Shown: piece after piece, positions 29,569 through 40,370 of the stretch
How the letters are laid out: each line of letters opens with the position of its first letter
How positions within the stretch are numbered: the stretch's first letter is position 1
From: an uncultured delta proteobacterium
GTDB taxonomy: Bacteria; Desulfobacterota; WTBG01; CAIYCZ01; CAIRTM01
Length of the DNA stretch: 64,000 nt
Direction of reading: 5' to 3'
Assembly: GCA_963804955.1 (NCBI GenBank)
Contig: CAWDSQ010000010.1
Coordinates: forward strand, 8,570-72,569
Notes under the pieces: model-generated
Seen by the model: the letters and a program-made list of their open reading frames with translations, nothing else
What the model was told of the DNA's origin: nothing
Databases searched by the model: none
Made by a program: the position numbers and the translations under genes

Positions 29569-30324
29569 ATGGAAGCTAAAATACGCGCGCACAATCTCAC
29601 GGTCCGGTTCGGCGCTGCCGAGGTGCTCAAGGGCATTGACCTCGAGGTCTATAAAAACAGGATCACGGGCTTCATGGGGCCGGCGGGCAGCGGCAAGTCG
29701 ACGCTGATATCGCTCGTGAACCGGATGATCGATTTCGAAGACGGGGTACATATTCAGGGCAGCCTGTCCATCGACGGCGAGGATATCCTGGCAAAATCGG
29801 TTGATGTGGTCGGGCTGCGGCGCCGCGTGGGCACTGTGTTTGCCGTGCCGCTGCCCCTGCCGCGCTCGATTTTTGAAAATATAGCCTATGGCCCCCGCCT
29901 GAAGGGCATAACCAGAAGGACCGACCTTGAGGATATCGTTGAGGAAAGCCTCAAAAAAGCCGTGCTGTGGGAGGAGGTGCGCGACCGCCTGCAGGTCTCG
30001 GCGCTGAAACTTTCGGGCGGCCAGCAGCAGCGGCTCTGCCTTGCGCGCACGCTGGCGCTGCGGCCCGAGATCATTCTGCTGGATGAGCCCTGCTCGGGCC
30101 TTGATCCCATCTCGACGGCCAAAATCGAAGAGGCCTTAAACGAGCTGAAAAAAGACTATACCATCATTCTGGTATCCAACAACACCAAGCAGATCGCCCG
30201 CGCCACGGATTTTTCCGCCTTTTTTTATATGGGCACGCTGGTTGAGTTCGGCGCCACGGAGAAAATTTTCACCAATCCATCCGTCAAGCAGACGGAAGAT
30301 TATATTCAGGGGAAATTCGGATAA
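29569..30324 (+). CDS. pstB: PstB-like ATPase with degenerate Q-loop and H-loop
   Basis: GPAGSGKS, LSGGQQQRL and DEPCSGLDP, but TVFAVP (no Gln) and VSNN (no His). Confidence 0.9.
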   Translation: MEAKIRAHNLTVRFGAAEVLKGIDLEVYKNRITGFMGPAGSGKSTLISLVNRMIDFEDGVHIQGSLSIDGEDILAKSVDVVGLRRRVGTVFAVPLPLPRSIFENIAYGPRLKGITRRTDLEDIVEESLKKAVLWEEVRDRLQVSALKLSGGQQQRLCLARTLALRPEIILLDEPCSGLDPISTAKIEEALNELKKDYTIILVSNNTKQIARATDFSAFFYMGTLVEFGATEKIFTNPSVKQTEDYIQGKFG

Positions 30325-31073
30325 TGCTCGACTGCGCCCTCAAAACCGAAAAGCTGAATCTCTACTACGGCACCTTTCACGGGCTTAAAGATGTCGATTT
30401 TTGCGTGTACCGCAATGCCATCACCGCGCTCATCGGGCCCTCGGGCTGCGGCAAATCAACGCTGCTGCGCTGCTTTAACCGCATGAACGACCTGATCGAC
30501 GACGTGACGGTGCAGGGAACGATACTGGTCAACGACGAGCCCCTGGACGGCATCGACATCATCGAGCTGCGCAAAAAAATCGGCATGGTCTTTCAGCGGC
30601 CAAATCCCTTTCCCTTCACCGTGCGGGAAAATCTTGTCTACGGTCTTAAGGTGCACGGGTACAATAAAAGGCAGTATGATGAAATCCTTGAGCGCTGCCT
30701 CAAGGCGGTGGGCCTGTGGGACGATATCAAGGACAAGCTGAACACCCCGGCCATGAACCTTTCCGAGGAAATGAAGCAGCGGCTGTGCGTGGCGCGGGTG
30801 CTGACGGTCGAGCCCGAGATCATATTGCTCGATGAGCCCTGTTCGGCGCTGGACCCCATCGCCACCTTGAAGATCGAGGAGCTGATGATAGAGCTCAAGC
30901 GCAACTACACGATCCTTATCGTCACGCACAACATGCAGCAGGCGGCCCGCGTTTCCGACTATACGGGATTCATGCTGCTGGGCGATCTCATCGAGTTCGG
31001 CGATACTTCCAAAATATTTACCGCACCCTCCGATGATCGTACCGACGGCTATATTACCGGCCGTTTCGGATAA
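30324..31073 (+). CDS. pstB: PstB-like ATPase with degenerate ABC signature
   Basis: GPSGCGKS, MVFQRPNPFP and VTHNMQQA are canonical; the signature reads LSEEMKQRL. Confidence 0.9.
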   Translation: MLDCALKTEKLNLYYGTFHGLKDVDFCVYRNAITALIGPSGCGKSTLLRCFNRMNDLIDDVTVQGTILVNDEPLDGIDIIELRKKIGMVFQRPNPFPFTVRENLVYGLKVHGYNKRQYDEILERCLKAVGLWDDIKDKLNTPAMNLSEEMKQRLCVARVLTVEPEIILLDEPCSALDPIATLKIEELMIELKRNYTILIVTHNMQQAARVSDYTGFMLLGDLIEFGDTSKIFTAPSDDRTDGYITGRFG

Positions 31074-31323
31074 GCTTTCAGTCAAACAGACGCTGCCCGT
31101 TTTCCTGTCTGTACAGTCGATCACAAACCTCGAAGCCCGGACAAAAAACGCAGCCTCCCGGTTAAAATTTGTGTGGCAAAGCAATAGAATTCAGAGGCCG
31201 GAATTCAGCATGCAAAATAAAACCGCTACAATATTTTTTGGAATTTAATTGCTTACAAGCGATGTATCCTGCTTTTGGATTCCTGCTTCTGTATTCATTT
31301 TTCACGTTTGCAGGGAATGGTGA

Positions 31324-32272
31324 ATGAAAAATTCAACGGTTGCTGCTACCATCATAGCTGCTGTATGTGTGCTGACGGCAGGCTTCCTGTCTCCGTTGCA
31401 TGTTCGCAGGACTGGCAGGCGCTGAACCCCGGCGGCGTGCAGGAATATTCCTTTAACGCCATCAGCGGCACTGCAGACGGCACTCTGTATGCCGTTGGCA
31501 GCGGCGGCATCATATGGTGCCTGCAAAACAGCAGCTGGGCCCAGATGCCAAGCGGCACGACGGCAAACCTCAACGGCGTCTGGTGCAGCTCCGAGGGAAC
31601 CGTGTATGCCGTGGGCAATGGCGGCACCATACTGCGGCTGCAGGCCGGTATCTGGGCAGCCATGCCCAGCGGCACGACGGCAAATCTCATGGGGATTTAC
31701 GGCAGCCCGGACGGCGGCGTATTTATCGTGGGCAACGGGGGCACGATACTGCGGCTGCAGGGGGCAACTGGATCCCCATGCCAAGCGGCACCTCAGCCAA
31801 TCTTAATGCTGTGTGGGGCTGTGCCTGCACCGGGCTGTATGCCGTGGGCAATGGCGGCACCATACTGCGCATGAAGGGCGGGAGATGGGCCGCCATGCAG
31901 AGCGACACAAAGGCGAATCTCAAGGGAGTCTGGGGCGCCGCCGATACAGGTGTTTTTGCCGTGGGCAATGGGGGCACGATTCTCCGGCTGCAGGGGAAAA
32001 CCTGGTCTCCCATGGTTGTCGGGCCGAGTACAAATTTTTGCGCAATATGGAGCAGCGCCGATGCCGGAACTTTTGCCGTTGGCGATGGTGGCACCATTCT
32101 GTCTCTGCAGGGCGACAAATGGATTGCAATGAACACCGGCACGACGGCAAATATCAATGCCATCTGGGGCGGCCCGGAGGGCAGCGTTTTTGCCGCAGGC
32201 AATAAAGCGTTTATTCTGCGCTTGATTGAAGCACAACCATTAAATTGCAAATGCATTTTGACTGAGCAGTGA
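31324..32272 (+). CDS. Secreted beta-propeller-like repeat protein (~39-aa repeats); frameshifts near 31405 and 31765
   Basis: Signal peptide from ATG 31324; about 7 repeats of WxxMPSGTTANLxxVWG...YAVGNGGTILRL. Confidence 0.75.
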
Positions 32273-33255
32273 TTATGACCACAGGTATCGGACTGCTTTC
32301 AGGCGGGCTTGACAGCATTCTTGCAGTAAAGGTGTTGCAGGAGCAGGGGATTTCAGGTGGAATGCGTGTGCTTTGTGACACCATTTTTCGGCCCGAAAAG
32401 GCCCGTCTTGCAAACCGGCAGCTGAACATACCGCTTCATGTTGTCGATATTACCGACGCGCATCTTGCCATGCTCAAAGCCCCCCGCTACGGCTATGGCA
32501 AGAATATGAACCCGTGCATCGACTGTCACGGTCTCATGCTGCGGGAGGCAGGCGCGCTTATGGACAAACTTGGCGCGCAGTTTCTTTTCACGGGCGAAGT
32601 TCTCGGAGAGCGGCCCATGTCGCAGAACAGGAATGCGCTGCGAAGCGTGGAGAAACTCGCCGGACTTCAGGGCCGGATACTGCGGCCTTTGAGCGCGCAG
32701 CTGCTGCCGGAGACGCTACCCGAAAAGGACGGCCGTGTCGACCGCTCGCGGCTGCTCAGCATTGAGGGCCGCTCACGCAAGCCGCAGATGGAGCTTGTTG
32801 AAAAATACGGAATAAAGGAATTTCCCGAACCTGCGGGCGGCTGCCTGCTCACCGACCCGGGCTACAGCAGGCGGCTGCGCGATCTCATGCAGCGCGGCGA
32901 TGATCTCTCGCGCCGCAATCTTGAGCTTCTCAAAGTGGGGCGCCACCTGCGGTTTGATGACGGCACAAAGATCATCATCGGCCGCAACGAGGGCGAAAAT
33001 GAACGCATCGAGCGGCTGCGGCAGCCCGGCGATGTCATCATCGTCATTGATAATGATATGCCCGGCGCCACCATACTCATACCGGGCGGCGGCGATGCTG
33101 CAGCCATCGGCTTTGCAGCCTCTGCCTGCGTGCGCTACAGCTCTGCAAAACTTGAACCTTCAACCCCTGTTGCCGTTACTCTGGCCGATGGAACAAAAAA
33201 AGTCCTGGAGGCAGAGGCCTGCGTGCAGGATGAAATATCAAAGCGGCTGCTGTAA
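32269..33255 (+). CDS. PP-loop tRNA thiolation-type protein (ThiI/MnmA-like, DUF814-type C-terminus)
   Basis: LLSGGLDS, NPCIDCH, TGEVLGERPMSQ, PAGGCLLTD and IIGRNEGEN motifs. Confidence 0.8.
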   Translation: MIMTTGIGLLSGGLDSILAVKVLQEQGISGGMRVLCDTIFRPEKARLANRQLNIPLHVVDITDAHLAMLKAPRYGYGKNMNPCIDCHGLMLREAGALMDKLGAQFLFTGEVLGERPMSQNRNALRSVEKLAGLQGRILRPLSAQLLPETLPEKDGRVDRSRLLSIEGRSRKPQMELVEKYGIKEFPEPAGGCLLTDPGYSRRLRDLMQRGDDLSRRNLELLKVGRHLRFDDGTKIIIGRNEGENERIERLRQPGDVIIVIDNDMPGATILIPGGGDAAAIGFAASACVRYSSAKLEPSTPVAVTLADGTKKVLEAEACVQDEISKRLL

Positions 33256-33376
33256 CAGTTTGTTGATAAGGTAGTGCTGAAAAAGGAAGAAATCATACCG
33301 TGCTCAGAGGTGCAGGCGCCCTGGGCGGTACCGTGTTTTTCGGAACAATTAACAATAGGGAGGCAGTGGCAATCAT

Positions 33377-33820
33377 ATGAATCCAATGGACATGTTCAGA
33401 AAAAAATTTGAGGATTATCGCCGCATCACTGATACTGAAGGGGAGCAGCAGGCCCATGCATTTTTAATGCAGGGCTATGCCGAGCGCCAGAAAAAAAGCC
33501 TTGGGCCCTACATTGAAAACAACTCCCTGTATGAAGGATTCAAAAAAGCCATTCCCATTTATGCGCAGCTGGGCATGGTGATGGACGCGGTGGATACGTC
33601 CAATAAAGACATGGACTCCGTTATCGAAGTTCACCGCGTATGCCCGTTTATGGACATGGCCAAACAGTACGGCTTTGAAAGGCCCTGCACGGTTATTTGC
33701 GATCTTGATGTTGAAGCTACGATTGAGGCATTTGAGGGATTCAGCGGCAAAACCATAGCCTGCCAGGCCGATGGCGACTGTGTCTGCATTTTTAAATATG
33801 AGCGGCCGATGAAAAAGTAA
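33377..33820 (+). CDS. L-2-amino-thiazoline-4-carboxylate hydrolase-like (V4R-type Cys) protein
   Basis: GGAGG RBS; CPF...CxxICDLD...KTIA...GDxxCIF pattern. Confidence 0.65.
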   Translation: MNPMDMFRKKFEDYRRITDTEGEQQAHAFLMQGYAERQKKSLGPYIENNSLYEGFKKAIPIYAQLGMVMDAVDTSNKDMDSVIEVHRVCPFMDMAKQYGFERPCTVICDLDVEATIEAFEGFSGKTIACQADGDCVCIFKYERPMKK

Positions 33821-34180
33821 AGGCCGATACGTGAACACCTGCACGGGTTGCTTTTATAGGAGCGGGGAGGATGCCCCAGCAAAAGGGCCATGCCTTTTGA
33901 GTGTTGCAGTGAGCGTTTGAGCCGGATCGTATAGAACGAAGAAGGGGCAGAGCACGTGCAGGCTTTGCCCCTTCTTTCGTTCTATTGCCAGGGTGTTTTT
34001 TTTCGGTTACATAACCTGTAGGGCATCGGCATTGAACGCGCATATCGGATGGCATGCTTTTATTCCACAGACAGCAGGTACGCATTAAAAAGCAGCAGCG
34101 GATAATCTGTCAGTAATGCAGCCGGGCGGCGCAGCTTTTTTTACTCGCACCGGGTGATGTTTCGTGCGATATAATTATGC

Positions 34181-34867
34181 TTGAAACGTAAAGCCGGGCA
34201 TGCGGTGGTTCCTTGTGCAGCAGAAGCAGAGAGGACAAAGGGCTTGGAAGAATTTTTTCTCAACATTATCAAGTCTATAAGCGGGCCGTACGGGTACGTG
34301 CTTCTTGGCGTAAGCGCTTTTTTTGAAAATGTGGTGCCGCCCATACCCGGTGATACGGTCACCGTTTTCGGCGGCTATCTTGTGGGTAGCGGGCGACTGA
34401 CCCTTGCGGGCACAGTGCTTGCAACAACCGCGGGCAGCTTTGCAGGTTTTATGACCATGTATGCCGCGGGCCGGTTTTTGGGGCATGAGCTTTTAAGGCA
34501 CGGGGGCAAGGTTTTTGCCCCTGCGACAATCGATAAAGTGCATGGCTGGTTTGAGCGCTACGGCGTCGGGGTGGTGCTTGCCAACCGGTTTCTCTCGGGA
34601 GCGCGCTCGGTTATTTCCATCTGTGCGGGCATTGCACGGCTGAACTCCTGGCTTGTGGCCGGGTGCTGCCTGGTGTCATGCCTTGCCTGGAACTGGCTGC
34701 TCATCTGGGCGGGCAGCAAGGTAGGGGAAAACTGGGGCATGATTATCGACATGCTGAAAAAGTATAATGCCGTCATGGCCGTTGCGCTGGCCCTTGGCAT
34801 GTCCGTGTGGATAGCCAGAAGCATCATGCAGCGCCGCGCACAGCGAGCGCGGGAAAAAAAGTATTGA
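34181..34867 (+). CDS. DedA-family membrane protein
   Basis: FFENVVPPIPGD, WFERYG and RFLSGARSVISICAG motifs. The start is possibly the TTG near 34244. Confidence 0.9.
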   Translation: MKRKAGHAVVPCAAEAERTKGLEEFFLNIIKSISGPYGYVLLGVSAFFENVVPPIPGDTVTVFGGYLVGSGRLTLAGTVLATTAGSFAGFMTMYAAGRFLGHELLRHGGKVFAPATIDKVHGWFERYGVGVVLANRFLSGARSVISICAGIARLNSWLVAGCCLVSCLAWNWLLIWAGSKVGENWGMIIDMLKKYNAVMAVALALGMSVWIARSIMQRRAQRAREKKY

Positions 34868-34909
34868 AGATTTTGACCGCTTCGGTATTATAGATAATTG
34901 GAATTTTGC

Positions 34910-34983
34910 TCGGGGATCGTCCAACGGCAGGACTCGGGAATTTGGATCCCGCTACGAAGGTTCGAATCCTTCTCCCCGAGCCA
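34910..34983 (+). tRNA. tRNA-Gln (UUG)
   Basis: Cloverleaf: acceptor TCGGGGA/TCCCCGA, anticodon stem CGGGA/TCCCG with loop ATTTGGA, GGTTCGAATCC, encoded CCA. Confidence 0.95.
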
Positions 34984-35227
34984 TTTTTTTAAAAAAGCGC
35001 TGTGCGGTTTACGTGCCCGCTCCGGCGGGGCGCATTTTCTGACATCTCTGTGGCCGGGCGGCAAGTCAAAAAACACCTTGTAGGCGAGGTGAAAGTCACT
35101 GACCGGGCAGAGAATACAGCGCATGAAAAAGGCCATGTTTGCCGGGAGACGGCGACCACCCGTGACGGCTTCTCACGTCAAAGGTGAAGAGCTTTGCTCT
35201 CTGTGGTGAATTTTTACGAGGTTGTTT

Positions 35228-35518
35228 ATGAAGATTACAATAAAGGACGCGGCACATGTGGCAGGTCTTGCGCGCCTTCGGTTTAAAGATGATGAGCTGG
35301 AGGCTATGACCGCCCAGCTCAACAGCATACTGGAGTCTTTTGACAGGCTGCAGGCTGTCGATACGACAGGCATCCAGCCCTCGACGCATGCCGTTGACGT
35401 GAGCAATGCCTTTCGCGACGACGAGGTCCGGACCTCTCTTGCTCCCGCAACAGCCCTTGCCAATGCACCCGAGGCCGAAGAGGGCTGCTTTAAAGTGCCC
35501 CGTATTATCGAGGTGTAA
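35228..35518 (+). CDS. gatC: Asp/Glu-tRNA amidotransferase subunit C
   Basis: HVAGLARL, VDTTGIQP, LANAPE and FKVPRII motifs. Confidence 0.93.
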   Translation: MKITIKDAAHVAGLARLRFKDDELEAMTAQLNSILESFDRLQAVDTTGIQPSTHAVDVSNAFRDDEVRTSLAPATALANAPEAEEGCFKVPRIIEV

Positions 35519-35523
35519 GCGCC

Positions 35524-36993
35524 ATGGCTCCTGAACTCTATCACTCTTACCATACATGAATTAAGCGCGCTTCTGCAGGCGCGCACGGTGAGCGCCGTCG
35601 AGGCCGCAGAATCGGTCATTTCCCGCATCGAGGCGGTTGACGGCCGGGTGCATGCCTATATCAGCCCCACCTTTGACCTGGCCCGCAGCCAGGCGCAGGC
35701 CGCTGACGAGCGTATTGCCCGCGGAGAGGCAGGGCCCCTCACCGGCGTGCCCCTTGCCATAAAAGATATACTCTGCACTGAGGGCATCCGCACTACCTGC
35801 GGCTCGCGGATTTTAGAAAATTTCGTGCCGCCCTATGATGCCACGGTCATCTCCAGGCTCAAGGCCTGCGGCGCGGTATTTACCGGCAAGACCAGCATGG
35901 ACGAGTTTGCCATGGGCTCGTCAAATGAAACAGCCTGTTTCGGCGCGGTGCATAATCCCTGGGATCTCGACCGGGTGCCCGGCGGCTCAAGCGGCGGGTC
36001 GGCGGCAGCAGTGGCAGCAGACGAATGCATCGCAGCCCTTGGCACAGACACGGGCGGCTCCATCAGGCAGCCCGCTTCCCTGTGCGGCGTTGTGGGATTA
36101 AAGCCCACATATGGCCGGGTGTCGCGGTTCGGGCTTATCGCTTTTGCATCATCTCTTGATCAGGTCGGCCCCATCACCAAGGATGTTGAGGACGCGGCCA
36201 TACTGCTTTCCTGCATCAGCGGCCATGATCCCAAAGACTCCACCTCTATCAAGCGCGAGGTTCCCGACTACGCGCAAGCGCTCAAAAAAGATGTGAACGG
36301 GCCTGCGCCTGGGTATCCCGAAAGAATATTTTATTGAAGGGCTTGACCCGCAGGTCGAGAAAGCCGTGCGCGATGCCATTGACCTTCTCAAAGCCCAGGG
36401 CGCTGAAATTGTGGAGGTGAGCCTGCCGCACACCGACTATGCCGTGGCGGTCTATTACCTGATCGCCCCTGCCGAGGCCTGCTCAAACCTTGCGCGCTAC
36501 GATGGCGTGAAATACGGCTATCGCAGCTCCCAGCCCGGCAACCCTTCTGGAGATGTATGAACAGAGCCGCTCCGAGGGCTTCGGCCCTGAGGTAAAACGG
36601 CGCATCATGCTCGGCACCTACGCTCTTTCGGCAGGCTATTATGATGCGTATTACAAAAAAGCCTCGCAGGTGCGCACGCTCATCAGGCGGGATTTTACGG
36701 AAGCTTTTAAGGCCTGCGATCTGATCGTGACGCCAACGGCTCCGGCGCCCGCTTTCAAGCTGGGCGAGAAGCTGAGCGATCCTTTAAGCATGTATCTTTC
36801 CGATATTTTCACCATACCCGCAAACCTTGCCGGCCTGCCGGGCATATCTCTGCCCTGCGGTTTTTCAGGCGGCGGGCTGCCCATCGGCCTGCAGATTATC
36901 GGCAACCTGTTTGCCGAAGAACAGGTGCTCCACTGCGCCTACTGCTACGAACAGAGCACGCAGTGGCACCGCAGGAAACCGTCACTTGCTTGA
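35524..36993 (+). CDS. gatA: Asp/Glu-tRNA amidotransferase subunit A (frameshifts near 35545, 36300, 36545)
   Basis: Amidase signature [29 protein letters not shown] and [22 protein letters not shown]. Confidence 0.93.
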
Positions 36994-37006
36994 CAGGCTT
37001 TGCACC

Positions 37007-38700
37007 ATGCTCCACCACCTGCCACGGGCAGCTTGTGCCGCGGCGCTGTGCCTTGCTGTGCGCTTCGGCTGCTTTTGCCGCCGCCGGGCAAAATCGCCTG
37101 ACCGATATCCGCTACTGGACCTCGCCGACCTATACCCGCCTGGTGTTTGATCTCAAGACCGAAACCACCTGGGAGACGCAGGAGCTGAAGGACTCCAATC
37201 GCCTGGTGGTCGAGCTGGACGGTTTTGACGGCTTTATGCCCAAAGAGCTGCTTGAGATAAACGACGGCATTATAAAAAAGGTTCGGACCCTGCAGAGTAG
37301 CGGCAAAGTGCGGATTTTGATCGAGCTTGAAAAGCCTGCCGAGCATAAGATTTTTGCCCTGAAAAAAATTGATGAAAAGCCCCCGCGCCTGGTCATTGAT
37401 GTGACGCGCGCCGATCTTGAGCAGGCAGCCCGCGTGCAGCGCGAGGAAACGCGCAAGCAGAAAAAGAAGGGCGATTATATCGTTGTGATCGATCCGGGCC
37501 ATGGCGGCGAAGACCCCGGCGCGGTCAGCCCGAACGGCACCTATGAAAAAAACCTGGTGCTGTCCATCGGCAGACAGCTTGCAGCAAAGCTTGCGGCAAT
37601 GCCCGGCATCAAAGCCTATCTGACCCGCAGGGGCGATTATTTCATACCCGCTTGGCAAACGCATCGAGATCGCCAAGGAATACGGCGCCGATTTGTTTCT
37701 GAGCGTTCATGTCAATGCGGGCTTCAGCACCAAAGCCGCCGGCAGCTCTGTGTATTGCCTCTCTTTCAAGGGCGCATCAAACAATGTCGCCCGCGTGGCC
37801 GAGGAGCGCGAGAACGCCTCAGACAGCATCGGCGGCGTGCCCCTTGAGCAGCAGAAATCAAACCTCAATGTGATACTGTGCGATCTGGTGCAGACCCATA
37901 CCATCAATTCCAGCGTGCAGCTTGCCGGTCTGCTGCTTGACGATGTGGGAAAATTCAACAAGCTTTATCTGGACTCACCGCAGGAGGCCAATTTTGCCGT
38001 GCTCCGGGCCCCCGACATTCCGTCTGTGCTTATCGAGACCGATTTTATCAGCAGCCCCGACCGCGAGAAGATGCTCAAAAGCAGGGATTTTCAGAACCGC
38101 TTTGCCGAGACTGTGGCCGGCACCGTCGCTGCATACCTTGCAGCACGGCCGCAGCCGGATGCAGCACCGGCTGCAAAAGCATGCAAAAAGCCAGCGCGCC
38201 GTCGCAGCCTGCAACGGCACAAGCAGTCCAGCCGCAGGACTTGGAAAAAAGTGCGGGGCAGAAGCAGTTGCGAGCTGAAAAACAAACTCCTTCTGCAAAG
38301 CCAGCCAGGGCTTCACCGCTGCAGGCGCCGCCTGGCGGCAAGTACCGAATTGTGAAGAAAAGCGACACCGAGTATGCCCTGGTGCCGGTTGCCGAGCCGC
38401 AGGCAGAGTGTTCAGTCAAAGCCATCGATGCAGCCGCGCCCGCAGCACCTGCAAAGCCGCAGGCAAAAGCAAAAGGCAGGCGCACCAAAGCTGCAGGCAA
38501 AAACAAAGCCCGAGTCTCCTGCGCCCGCCACCGCGGTTATCTGGCATGTCGTAAAAAAAGGTGAAAATCTTTCATCCATTGCGCAGAAGTACCAGATGCC
38601 GCTTAAGGAGCTGTGCCGTCAGAACGGCTTGCCGCTCACGACAAAGGTTGAGGCCGGCGTGAAGCTCAAAATCATGAAACAGAAATCGCAGCAGCGCTGA
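37007..38700 (+). CDS. N-acetylmuramoyl-L-alanine amidase (AMIN + Amidase_3 + LysM); several frameshifts
   Basis: YTRLVFDL, RLVIDV, IDPGHGGEDPGA, FLSVHVNA and PSVLIETDFIS motifs; C-terminal HVVKKGENLSSIAQKY. Confidence 0.88.
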
Positions 38701-38707
38701 GAGGGTG

Positions 38708-39363
38708 ATGGCACATACGGGCAGTTGTTTTCGATCTTGACGGCACGCTGCTTGATACGCTTGACGATATTGCCTGCGCCATGAACAGGGTGCTTGCGGG
38801 CCGCGGCCTTGCGGAATATCCTGTAAGCGACTATCGCTGGTTTGTGGGGGACGGCGCAGAGGTTCTGGTGCGCAGAACGCTGTCCGGGCACGCCGCCGGC
38901 GAAGAGATGATCAGGCAGTGCCTTGCCGAGTTCAAGTCGGCATATTCTGAAAGCTGGAATGTTCTGACAAAGCCCTATCCCGGCATACCCGAACTGCTTG
39001 ATGCTCTGGGAACAAGAGGGTTTGCCGATGGCGGTTCTTTCAAATAAACCCCATGAGTTAACGGTCCGCTGCGTAGAGGCCTTTCTGCCCCGGTGGCGCT
39101 TTGCTGCGGTTCTGGGCGAGCAGCCCGGCAGGCTCCGCAAACCTGATCCTGCCGGCGCATTTGAAGCTGCCGGACTTTTGGATGTGCCGCCGCGGGATAT
39201 TGTCTATCTTGGCGATACGGCTACCGATATGCAGACCGCAATTGCTGCGGGCATGCTGCCGGTGGGTGCGCTGTGGGGGTTCAGGCCCGCGGCCGAGCTG
39301 CTTGAAAACGGCGCACGGCATCTCATTGAAACGCCGTCCGGTCTGATGGATCTGCTGGGCTAA
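38708..39363 (+). CDS. HAD-family hydrolase (phosphoglycolate phosphatase-like); frameshifts
   Basis: VVFDLDGTLLDT (38724-38760), PYPGI, VLSNKP, KPDP and YLGDTATDM motifs. Confidence 0.85.
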
Positions 39364-39668
39364 AAAATTATTGAAATTGACAGGCCCTGGTTCTGGGACG
39401 AGCAGAATAGAGAAAGAGAGCTTGACTGCACGGTGATCAGGGGCAAGCAAAATTGTGACAAAGACTAAAGACAAACAGTGCCGTAAGGCTACAACGCAGG
39501 CAAGGCGCAGGCATACGGCCGCACAAAAAAGATGGAGGGGAAATTGAGCCGCTGGCTCCGGATGGAAAACCGATTATGGACTCTCCCTATCAGGAACAGG
39601 GTTGCATTCGCCACTGCTTGATCGTTAAAATTTTTAAATGCGAACTATAATCCTGAAAAAATGAACCA

Positions 39669-40370
39669 TCAATCAATAAAGCGGAACTTGAGCAGCGTCC
39701 AAATCGCTACATACCCGTCCCACCAGGTAATCTTCTTGCCCTCTTCAATGCTGCGTGGATTGTAATAGATCGGCACTTCTTTGATGGTATATCCTGCCTT
39801 CAATACCTTGGCCGTAATCTCCGGACAAAACTCAAAGCGCTTCGCCTGCAACTCGACGCCCCGCAGGACATCGCGCGCGAATACCTTATAGGCGGTAGCT
39901 TCATCCGTAATTCTTGAACCAAATAAAACATTTACGGTTGTGCGGAGAATCATATTCGCAAGCCAGTTGGAAAATCGCATGCCGGAGATTCTGGTTTCTT
40001 TCATAAATCTTGAACCATATACGACGCGCGCCTCTCCGCGTATAATCGGCGCCAATAAAGCCGGATAATCATTGGGGTCGTATTCCAAATCACCGTCCTG
40101 CACGAGCACGATATCACCCGTGACATACGTCAAGCCAATCCTTATGGCCGTTCCTTTCCCGAAATTGATCCGCGACGAATGTATCACCATCGTAGAATCA
40201 TCGCTATAGTTCATAAGTTTATTCTGGGTTCCATCACTTGAGCCGTCGTCGACAATAATAAGCTCTCTGCTCGTGATCGCATCAGGAAGCACAACGCTTT
40301 GAATGCGCGTGATGACCTCATCAATATGGGCGGACTCATTGTACACCGGCATTACAATGCTTAATTTCAT
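39669..40370 (-). CDS. GT2 glycosyltransferase (polyprenol-phosphate glycosyltransferase-like)
   Basis: LSIVMPVYNE, VDDGSSDGT, QDGDLEYDP and VVYGSRF motifs. Confidence 0.9.
   Translation of the reverse strand: MKLSIVMPVYNESAHIDEVITRIQSVVLPDAITSRELIIVDDGSSDGTQNKLMNYSDDSTMVIHSSRINFGKGTAIRIGLTYVTGDIVLVQDGDLEYDPNDYPALLAPIIRGEARVVYGSRFMKETRISGMRFSNWLANMILRTTVNVLFGSRITDEATAYKVFARDVLRGVELQAKRFEFCPEITAKVLKAGYTIKEVPIYYNPRSIEEGKKITWWDGYVAIWTLLKFRFID

Noticed and set aside
31520..32220. 117-bp periodic repeats as a CRISPR array
   Set aside because: In-frame protein repeats with no repeat-spacer structure and no cas genes.
35081..35210. Possible riboswitch or T-box upstream of gatC
   Set aside because: Only a short FMN-like GGTGAAAGTC start; the remaining conserved motifs and a terminator are missing.
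35524..36993. Calling frameshifted genes such as gatA pseudogenes
   Set aside because: Indels hit essential genes indiscriminately while motifs stay intact; sequencing error is more likely.
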